Below are positions 1-9,643 of a DNA stretch of 64,000 nucleotides, piece after piece. How positions within the stretch are numbered: position 1 is the first letter of the stretch; every line of letters begins with the position of its first letter. This DNA comes from Octopus sinensis (taxonomy: Eukaryota), in NCBI RefSeq assembly GCF_006345805.1, contig NC_043000.1:79112001-79176000 (forward strand). Direction: 5' to 3'. The position numbers and the translations under genes are program-made. The notes beneath the pieces were generated by a model. That model did not search any database, was not told the DNA's origin, and worked only from the letters and a program-made list of their open reading frames with translations.

Positions 1-2135
1 TAATCGCAGAGTCAATGTACGAACATCTGGAAAACAAATAGAGTCCTTCCACGTGAGCAGAAGGGTTGCAAACGTAAGTGCAGATGTACCAAGGATCAAT
101 TCCTGATAGACAAAACTGTACTTAGATACAGCCTGTCCCTATTGATCTTTGTACTGTGCTTCATACTGCTAACACTGATTCTGAGGAAAGCAAAAGCTAG
201 GTGTGTATTCAAAAGCCGCCTACAAAACGTCAACCATTTGTTATTCATGGATGACTTCAAACTTTATGGTAAAGATGAATCCCAAGTCAGTTCCCTCGTT
301 GATACTATGTAATACTTTCAGAGCTGATATCAGAATGGAGTTGGGACTGAAAAAGTGTGGTGTGTTAGTTTTGAAGACAGACAAAATAAAATGTATGGAC
401 GGACTAGCGATACGGTTGGGGGATGTTATGAAGCAGATAGAAGAGACGGGCTATAAGTACTTGGGGGTATTGCAAATGGATAAATTGATGGAGAAAGAAA
501 TGGCAGAAACATTTAAGGTGGAGTACTTGCGCAGACTGAGACTGATGCTTAAGTCGAAATTAAACGGACGGAATAAGATTGAAGCTATCAAAACCTGGGC
601 GATTTCTCTCCTTAGATATAGAACAGAGATAATCGCATGGACAGTAGACGAACTAAACAGCTTAGACAGAAAGACAAAGAAGCTGCTAACTAGATATGGG
701 ATACTCCACCCAAAAATGACACAGACAGACTGTATGTACCAAGGCAAAAAGAGTGAAGCGGACTTATTGGATGCGAACACAGTATTAGAGCAGAAGAAAA
801 CAACATAGCATGGTATGTAAAAAATGCCACAGAACTGCTATTATTAAAAGTAAGAAGGTCAGGCCTGTGTGGGATGAAAGATTGCAAAGATAAAGCACTA
901 TACAAACACTTGAAAACGAATGAAAGTGAAAATAGTTGGGTAAAGAAAAGAATGCATGGACAATTTTATAGGGATGTTGAAAATAAGTCAGACAGAGAAA
1001 CAGATGTCTGTGGATGACTAAAACTGATTTGAAACCGGAAACGGAGGATCTAATCTGTGCTTCCCAAGAGCAAGCACTAAGAATAAACTACATAAAATAC
1101 AGAATAGACAACGCATCAGAAAATGATAAGTGCAGAATCTGTGGACAAAATGGTAAAACTGTATGGCATATTACCAGCCAATTGACGCCAGTAGCCCAGA
1201 AGGAACATAAGAGACACCACGACAATATAGCCAGGCTTGTCTATTGGGCACTTTGCAACAAGTATAGACTTGACAGAGCAAAAAATTGGTACGACCACAA
1301 ACCCGAAAGCATAATCGAAAATGATAATGCAAAGATCCTGTGGGATTTTATGATTCAGTGCGACTATGAGATAGAGAATAGGAAGCCAGACATAGTCTTA
1401 ATTGAGAAAGAAAGCAAACTATGCTGGAACATAGATATAGCATGTCCAGTTGACAACAAGGGATGAGATAAGGAAGAAAGAAAAGTCAATAAATATGACA
1501 GGTTAGCTTGGGAGGTTAAGCAGTTGTGGTCGATGAAAAAGGTGGTAGTAGTACCAATAATTGTCGGAGCCCTGGGAACAGTGAGTAAAAATTTTGAGAA
1601 GTACGTGGAACAAATAGGGGCCGCAATAAGGGTGGAGAACTTACAGAAAACAGCACTGTTTGGAACTGCTTGAATACTCCGAAAGGTGCTCGAAAAATAA
1701 GGCGTGTTACCTTAATTCACTGGTAGTGAACTAAGCTGACACTGTAGTGGAATGTGGAAGCACTCCGTCGGTTACGACGACGAGGGTTCCGGTTGATTCG
1801 AATCAACGGAACAGCCTGCTCGTGAAATTAACGTGTAAGTGGATGAGCACTCCACAGACACGTGTACCCTTAACGTAGTTCTCGGGGATATTCAGCGTGA
1901 CACAGCGAGTGACAAGGCTGGCCCTTTGAAATACAGGTACAACAGAAACAGGAAGTAAGAGTGAGAGAAAGTTGTGGTGAAAGAGTACAGCAGGGATCAC
2001 CACCATCCCCTGCCGGAGCCTCGTGGAGCTTTAGGTGTTTTCGCTCAATAAACACTCACAACGCCCGGTCTGGAAAGACACTGTAGTACATCTCCAGCAT
2101 TAAAAGCTATGTAAAGAAAATAATAATAAAAACAA
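1..2135 (+). mobile_element. Decayed R4/Dong-like non-LTR retrotransposon (RT C-terminal half, CCHC knuckle, REL endonuclease, 3' UTR ending in (TAA)n)
   Basis: ORF 203-808 (YKYLG, LKSKLNGRNKIEAIKTWA) and ORF 1014-1466 (CRICGQ..H, KILWDF, RKPDIVLIE..DIACP). The C-terminus LQKTALFGTA*ILRKVLEK ends at about 1700. Frameshifts and stops are present. Confidence 0.85.
1749..2076 (-). mobile_element. 328-bp SINE-like insertion in the LINE 3' UTR
   Basis: Flanked by an 11-bp direct repeat GACACTGTAGT (1738-1748 and 2077-2087). A related fragment occurs at about 17230-17340. Confidence 0.75.
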
Positions 2136-3415
2136 TAATAATAGACAAGACGAAGAGTTCGATGCGATAGCAATAGATATTTTATTGGTTGAACGATATT
2201 TCGACAGCAAGCCTCTCTTCGTCGAGTTCAAAATGGAAAGTGATAAAAATTCAAGATTATAGAAATTCAAATCTAAAGTATGGAAGGGAGCAACCAGCGT
2301 CCACACGTTGATGGAATGACATCAGTCAATTTTATAACAGGCGCAAAGTTCCAATTTTATAACAAGCGAAAAGAAAAAGACAGAAAAAAGCGGAAAGAAA
2401 AAACATTACTTAATCAAACGGTTTTGTGTAAATTTGATATTTTCCTACTATTTTATTCATATCTCCAGGGCGTAATGTTAATAAACTGCAAACATATTTC
2501 TCCTCGTGCATTTTGACAAGTGAAAGTGAAGTAGATTCAGAATATTTTCTGAGAAAATGCACTTTCAAGTCTTTTTCAAAATTGCAGCCGTTTGAAGCAA
2601 AATGTTCAGCAGGTTCTGTTGAACTATTGTTATTGTGCCTGACCTCATATCTGTGCCCATTAAATCTTTTGTTTAATTGTTCTGTTGTACATCCAACATA
2701 AATCAAGTTGTGTTTCGTGCATTCTACCGCGTACACCAAATGGGAATTTCTACATGTCCCACCTTCTGTATAAATCATAACATTTCTGTTATGATTCCTA
2801 ATGGAATTCCCTTCACTCATGTTGTTGCACAATGAACAGGGCTTACCTCTCTTGCGGCTGTTCTTTAAGGTACAGCGTGTAGATATTCCAATGTTAGTTT
2901 TCTTGGAGTCAGAAATAGAGGTCAATAATTCTCTTATATTCTTATTCCGTCTAAAATCTACAATAGGCGGCTGAGGCAATATCTATTTCAAACAGAACTA
3001 GCTGAACATTTTGTTTCAAACGGCTGCAATTTTGAAAAAGACTTGAAAGTGCATATTCTCAGAAAATATTCTGAATCTATTTCACTTTCACTTGTCAAAA
3101 TGCATGAGGAGAAATACTTTGTGGGTTATCAACATCACACCATGGAGGAAATAATTAAATGACAGGAGAATATCATCAAATTTACACAAACCTGCTTGAT
3201 TAAGTATTCTTCTTTTTTCTTCCTCATTTTTCTTTTCGCCTGTTATAAAATTGACACTGTTTGCTCTCGTTCATACTTTAGATTTAGATTTTTATAATTT
3301 TGAATTTTTATTACTTTTTAATTTGAACTCGACAAAGACAGGCTTACTGTCGAAATATCGTTCAACCAATAAAATATCTATTGCTATCGCATCGTGCTCT
3401 TCGTCTTGTCTGTTT
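2136..3415. mobile_element. Penelope-like element 3' remnant with inverted pseudo-LTR (tail-out)
   Basis: Arms at about 2136-2625 and 2991-3415 are diverged reverse complements. The minus arm carries a GIY-YIG ORF, and (TAA)n lies near both ends. Confidence 0.75.
2410..2979 (-). CDS. PLE GIY-YIG endonuclease fragment
   Basis: CSLC..CRNSHLVYAVECTKHNLIYVGCTTEQLNKRFNGHR..AEHF..LKVHFL..E matches the GIY-YIG signature of PLEs. Confidence 0.8.
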   Translation of the reverse strand: MPQPPIVDFRRNKNIRELLTSISDSKKTNIGISTRCTLKNSRKRGKPCSLCNNMSEGNSIRNHNRNVMIYTEGGTCRNSHLVYAVECTKHNLIYVGCTTEQLNKRFNGHRYEVRHNNNSSTEPAEHFASNGCNFEKDLKVHFLRKYSESTSLSLVKMHEEKYVCSLLTLRPGDMNKIVGKYQIYTKPFD

Positions 3416-3444
3416 ACCTTTATGTAGAGTTACGTCAATCCTTT

Positions 3445-3448
3445 TTAA

Positions 3449-3504
<56 letters not shown>

Positions 3505-3533
3505 TGATAATGATAATGATGATGATGATGATG

Positions 3534-3565
<32 letters not shown>
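3445..3565. repeat. (TAA)n/(TGA)n compound microsatellite
   Basis: Direct reading of the sequence. Confidence 0.95.
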
Positions 3566-3566
<1 letters not shown>

Positions 3567-3646
3567 CAGTACCAGGCAGTGGCTCTCATGGCTTCTGATC
3601 TTAACTGATTGGAAGTGTTATCATGTACATTGTTTTGTCCTGGTAT

Positions 3647-4458
3647 TGTAGCGTGGCAATTTCAGCCTTTTTGAAATATGACCATAGCGATTGTTAATAT
3701 CTTGACTGTGTGAAGGGCAAGGCAGAAATGATCTCGTTTGAGGTTACAACCATCTTTGGTCAACTTGTTCTTGTTCTAAACACTAACTTGATTGGCTGAC
3801 AGGTGACACGAGTGGTCTCTACGTGTTTCGCGCCACTGGTTGACATGTGACACGAGGGTCCCTACGAAGTCCGCGCCACTGATGCACACGTGACGCGAAT
3901 TGTCTCGACTTATTTCGCGCCACTGGTTGACATGTGACACGAGGGTCCCTACGAAGTCCGCGCCACTGATGGACACGTGACGCGAATTGTCTCGACTTAT
4001 TTCGCGCCATAATTGCGAATCAGCCAATCAAGACTTTCGGTTAAAATTCCATTTTCTGGAGTTCGGTGAGCCAACCGAATAGTATATAAAGCAGGGTTCA
4101 CAGACACTTAGGTCTTGGGTTCCAGTTCTTCTAAGAACTAACTTAGGCCCCTGCTGCTCAACTTAGAGATATGCGATTGTCTCTGCTACTTCTATGTTCA
4201 GTACCTTTGGGTATGGTTCACGCCACCCGAACACACAGACACAAAACATGCTAACGCTTACGAACTCTTAGAATCCACATGATTGTAAAATATGTAAAAT
4301 AAATAATATTTATCTACCAACAGAAGACTTGTGTCAATTCACTTATGTCCTATTATCGTTTGTATGTATTTTATGGCTTTGAATAATTCGTTAAGAGTAG
4401 AACCGCGTGCAATCGTATTTCCTACACGATACGACTAAGCGTGATCCTATTTCTTACA
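3647..4458 (+). mobile_element. Solo LTR (812 bp), probably Ty3/gypsy type
   Basis: Termini TGTA...TACA with a 4-bp TSD GTAT (3643-3646 and 4459-4462). TATATAAA at 4083-4090 and AATAAA at 4298-4303. The empty site TTGGTATAAAAG is seen in copy 15101-15633. Confidence 0.85.
3788..4090 (+). promoter_or_regulatory. LTR U3 enhancer/promoter with an 87-bp tandem duplication
   Basis: TTTCGCGC at 3826, 3913 and 4000. CACGTGAC at 3887 and 3974. Inverted CCAAT boxes at 3788-3799 and 4020-4031. TATA box at 4083. Confidence 0.55.
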
Positions 4459-4938
4459 GTATAAAAGATGGGCTACAGCACATATTCTGCTCAATACCAC
4501 AGAGTTGCTTGTCAGATGTTTAACCTTAAACAGTTGAGCATGTTCCTTAGTGGCTGACGATATGTGCATCTCTGATCACGAGCAGAAGTAGTGGGGGAGC
4601 ATCATAGCCATGTGTTGAAAGGAATTCTTAGAGGTCTGAATAATTCACCTTTGGAAACATGGGTGTTTCGTACAGCATCCTTAAACAACCCTTATTCAGG
4701 GACCTTTTGAGCGGGATGGGTTACTCGACCAGAAGTAAATTCTAACAGGGCCCCACCTGCAAGCTCATGCGCTGTTTATCTTAATATGAGATCACCATGT
4801 CGCACCAATATGGCTGTGATGCATGTGCCTAGTGTACCCTTATCAGACGGGTAATCATGATGGGTATACTGGGCTTCGTATATTTTACTCCAGCGTCACT
4901 TTGGTAGCATGCACTGCTCTCTCACTCAATAATAATAA

Positions 4939-4981
<43 letters not shown>

Positions 4982-4983
<2 letters not shown>

Positions 4984-5136
4984 AGTACCATTGTTATCAA
5001 GTGAACGATATCTCGTTGTCTTCCACAAAACTATAAATATTAACCAAAATGAAGTAGATTGACAAGTTTATTTTTTGAACCTGTAGAAGACACACGAGAT
5101 ATCGAAATATCGTTCACTTGATAACAATGGCACTCT
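4982..5136. repeat. 155-bp fold-back of two PLE-like termini
   Basis: 30-bp arms at 4982-5011 and 5107-5136 with 1 mismatch. They share GAAATATCGTTCA with the termini of the 2136-3415 element. Confidence 0.6.
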
Positions 5137-5151
5137 TCTATTACCTCAGTC

Positions 5152-5162
5152 CTATAAATAAT

Positions 5163-5222
<60 letters not shown>

Positions 5223-5288
5223 AAGAATACTCATAATAATAATGATGATGATGATGATGATGATGATGATAATAAGAATAATAATACT

Positions 5289-5338
<50 letters not shown>

Positions 5339-5340
5339 TT
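5152..5340. repeat. Compound trinucleotide microsatellite (AAT/AAG/GAT/TAC)
   Basis: Direct reading of the sequence. Confidence 0.95.
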
Positions 5341-5487
5341 CAGTCTTATTTGTATCACATGGTTTCACTGCACTACCGATCGCAGCTTTGTGCCTTGGTT
5401 ATGCTGTATTCTATTGTGATGTTCTCATTTTGACTGTATTGAAGTGTTTTACGTAGGATGTATGCGGTGCCTAATAGGGCTATTTTC

Positions 5488-5531
<44 letters not shown>

Positions 5532-5679
5532 AAGAGCAATAAAGATTCAAGTTAATTTTAAAAAATTTACTTGAATATGGTACCTAACTTAGATGCACCA
5601 AAAAAAAACTATACTGATTTAACAATACAGTAATGTGGGGTGATTATAAGCGAGAAAGAAGCAACAAGAATGGATAGGT

Positions 5680-5770
5680 TTTTAGTACGATCGTTTCATA
5701 CAAGGACAGGTTTTATTAAAAGTTGCAAAGATTACAGCATATAAACGAGTCCCGTACTCATCAGCTAAAA
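5680..5770 (-). ncRNA. Mirror hammerhead ribozyme
   Basis: Exact reverse complement of 13402-13492. Confidence 0.8.
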
Positions 5771-7217
5771 TACATGTAAGTTCTCTAGACATCCTAGTGT
5801 TTGAGGCTATACTCATGAAGTAATGTAGATAATTAAACAGATTTCTAAAGTTCATTAAAGTTCTTTAAAGATGATGTACAGTCTTATCACAGAATTTTAA
5901 AAAAGTTTTGATAGTATCACAGAGAAGGTGATCTAATCCATATGAATTTCCATAGATATGATGAGGGATTATATACTCACAGAAGACAAATTTATCCATT
6001 GTTAATTACAACGAGGTGGGTCTCAATTCCTGCTTATTAGCATTACAGAGAGGGTGAATTAATCCTTTGTATATATGCACAGATTCCAATGGTGTAGATG
6101 TAAATTTCCAGAGAAATGGAGATGAATTTCATATTCACAGGCGATAAATTTTACAATGGTTGAACACAATGAGGTAGGTATCAATCCTTGTTATATGATT
6201 AGGTGTTTGCCATATTAATCACATTACTGCTATTCACAAGAGGCTGTAGCTATTTAACTCTTAAAGGCTGAAGGGCTTACTAGATCGGCCAAGAATAGAG
6301 AAGGGAATAGAAGAAAAGAGAGAAAATAATGGAGGAGGGAGCAAAAAGGGGGGGGGGAAAGGGGGACTAAAAGAGAAGAGAAAAGGAAACAGAGAATAAG
6401 AAGAAGAAAAAGAAAAAAGAGAAAAGAGAAAGAAATAGGGAAAGAAGGGAAAAAAAGAAAAAGAAAAAAAGAGGGTTCTAGTTATACAGAAGAGCTAGTA
6501 GACTGTAAGTCTGGTTTTAATCAGCAGGCATCTAGGAACTAGAGGGGAATATTATTCTTTGACCAGTAAACCGTTAATTTATTGTTGTTGAAATCAGCTA
6601 TGAGTTTAAAGAGAATCTAAAGAGATAACACAGTCAGGGGTTAAGGGGTCAGATGCTAAAATCACCAGAAAATACATTAGGAAAATCTAAGTATAATCTT
6701 ATCAAAAAGTCATTAAAAATTTACTTATTTAATTTATTCATTTTATTGTCTTAAGGAGTTGTCGTTATTATTCATACATTGACTGACTACAGGTCAAATC
6801 TTATAAGATCATTTACAAGGTGTTAGGGGATTGTCTATCATAACGAAGATAATCATATTATCACCGAGGGAATAGCCTTATTTATTTAATTATGAAATAG
6901 AATTATGGGGCTACAGTAACTAATTATAATTTATTAGAGTTATGCTATTTAAATTAGATTAAGTTAGGAATTAAAATTAAATATTACAATTAAGATTTAA
7001 AATTAAGAATTTAAAAATTGTGAGTTTGAAATTAAATAAAGCCTCAATTAAGTAGCGAATAAGTACTATTCATTTCCCTGTTCTCAAAAAACTGATGCAG
7101 ATATAAGGAAAAAGATAAAGATAACTGTAATGTGAGAACTCTTAATTATCTACTTAAAGCAGTGCTATACTAGTAGAAATCAAGTTATATCTATCTATCT
7201 AGTTATGAATATTCCAA

Positions 7218-9642
7218 TCATTTAAAATATTTTAAAGTCTTCAATTTAGCGTGGACACAAACTTGACCTAGTTCGATATGGTTATTCAATAAGTTTCTAT
7301 GTTTACTATGCTTTAGAATTTCGTACGTCTCCATGGAGCATAGTTGACAACCAACCCTACTATTTTTATACGGAATTGCTCTCCTAACTATTTCCCAATT
7401 AAGGGTATAATTTTTGTTATTATTTTTGAGTTCCCAGATTTTGTTTGAAAGTGTGGTGGTACCAGCTTTATGACGTAATTTAAAAGTCGAGATGTGATTT
7501 CTAACTCTGGCTAAAAAATTAATTGTACAGCCAATGTAAAAATATTTGTTATTCTCCGTGGATATGGTACATTTATAGATTACATTATTTTCCCTACATA
7601 GACCAGGTGCCGGGCATTTTGATTTTATTCTACACTTACACACAGGAGGAACAACTTCAGGCCTTGGATTATTCCTGGGTAGATGTTTAAGGTTCCTATT
7701 ATTTTGATTATCATTTCTATAGTTGGTGCTGATATCTAAAGTATTGTTATTATTTATTGATCCTTCCGTTTCATCATTTAGGTGTAAAGTCCTACCAAGA
7801 TTTCTTATATTATTCGTAATGTTATTATTATTGTTAGTCTTTTTATCCAACTGTATATTATTGTTATAGATATCACTGATATTTTCATTCTCCTTATTTT
7901 CTCCATTAGCCTTATTTCTATTATTTCTATTATTAACAATATTACTTCTATTAATATCGGCATTGTTATTATTACTATTAATGTTAATGTTATTAGTCAT
8001 TCTGTGGTTACTAATTTCACCTATGTTTTGATAGTTCCTATTGCTGTTTTTATTGTTGGTAGTATTATTGTTATTGCTATTGGTATTCATTCTGATATTA
8101 TTATTTTTATTTCTATCTTTCCTGGCTAGTTTAATGTTGTTATTATTAATTTTAGCTATTAAAGTGGACATATTTGGGAGGGTTGAATAAGAAATCCTAA
8201 CTGTTTTCCTAGAAATAATTCTATGATATCTATGAGAGATAGGGAAATTTTTTTCCAGAATCACTTTGAATTTGTTCTGTATATCCGATTGTATCGCACA
8301 GTTGAAAGGAATATTCAGCCATAATATATCTTTTTTATAAAATTTAGGGTTCGTAGAATTACTACTATTCATCTCACCGGAGTTATTGTATTTATTACCA
8401 TTATTTTTATTTTTATTTGTGTGCATCTTAGGTTTATCTACTTCAATCTTATCCGAGTTACCTATGTTCTGGTCAATGCTTCTATTTGAATTGTTGGGCC
8501 TGTACTCTAGATTAGCGTTTACCGTTAATTTAATTCTACTTTTATTTCGGGCTTGGTCTTTTTGCTGCTTACGTGATTACTGATAACTTCATTATTAGGA
8601 ATACGTGAGTTCTCCTTATCAACGAAGGTAATCTTTTGGTTGTATCCAGCCTTAGTTAACGCCGCATTATAATGCTCAGAATGGGAGTTAAATATATCCT
8701 TATTGGATGATAATTTTGAAATTCTTAATGAAATATTTCTTACTAAAGATTCTATTATATTTGGGGGATGATTTGATAATTTATTTACGTAATTCGTGAC
8801 TTCGCCTTCCTTTCTAAATGGGTAATGTAGCTTGGAGTTAAGGTCTAGGGTAATATCTAGGAAATTAGCTATTTTAGTGCCCGGTTCATACGTTATACTG
8901 AGGTTGAAATCCTTAAAGAACTTATTAATTTTCTTTCTAATCCTTTCTATAACAGATTTATTATTACTAGGGATAACAAACAGAGCATCATCCCTATATA
9001 GACCCCCCTGTATTTCTGGGATATCCTTGCTTATGCATTTTAATAGATATGCGCCTACTAGGTTGGTTACCTCAGCCGAATCACTGGAACCCATTGGTAT
9101 ATCAAAAAAATTTGGTGTATCTGCTCTAGTCCATAATTTATCTTCAAATTCAATAAATGTCTTCCTAGCTAGTAGCACAATATTGATTTCTTCTCTAGTT
9201 ATGAGGGAGCGATTCATGGCAAATATTAGTGATTTGTTGAGTAAGATAGGGGAAATGCTAGAGTAATAACTATTAATATCGAACTGAATAAAAGACAGAC
9301 TACTAGTATTAGTTAGAGAGTTAAACCATTTTAGAACTTCGTCGGTACTTAGCCATAGGTTTAAGGGGAGAAGAGGGGTTATTTGGGGTAGAACAGTATC
9401 CAGGATAGATTTACTAAGTCGGCCAATGTCCGACTTAGTTGGACAGATCAGCCTTACTGAGGGGTTATCCAAGAAGTCCTTTTTGTGGTCTTTAAGGTTG
9501 ATCCTGGGCTCACAGGGTTTAAGTGGCTCCGTTCTATCTGTTAAATTTAGTTTCTCCATGATCTCTTTCATTTCCATGTTTACTTTTTTCAAATTGTTCT
9601 TAGTTGTAATTTTATATTTGGAGTTTAGTTCTTTCCTAATTA
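7218..9642 (-). pseudogene. Mirror copy of the PLE ORF with a 1-bp frameshift
   Basis: Track ORFs 8525-9688 and 7218-8426. An A6 run at about 10610-10615 is A5 (T5) at about 8559-8563 in this arm. The copy extends 112 nt further 5' through the spacer. Confidence 0.88.
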
Positions 9643-9643
9643 G

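Larger units (their letters stand above)
3566..4927 (+). repeat. About 550-bp interspersed repeat (copy A), split by a solo LTR
   Basis: 3566-3646 plus 4459-4927 reconstitutes the uninterrupted copy at 15101-15633. Flanked by (AAT)n. Confidence 0.9.

Noticed and set aside
3776-4027. Repetitive peptides and a CRISPR-like look of the 87-bp repeat
   Set aside because: It is a tandem duplication in an LTR U3 with no unique spacers, in a eukaryotic context.
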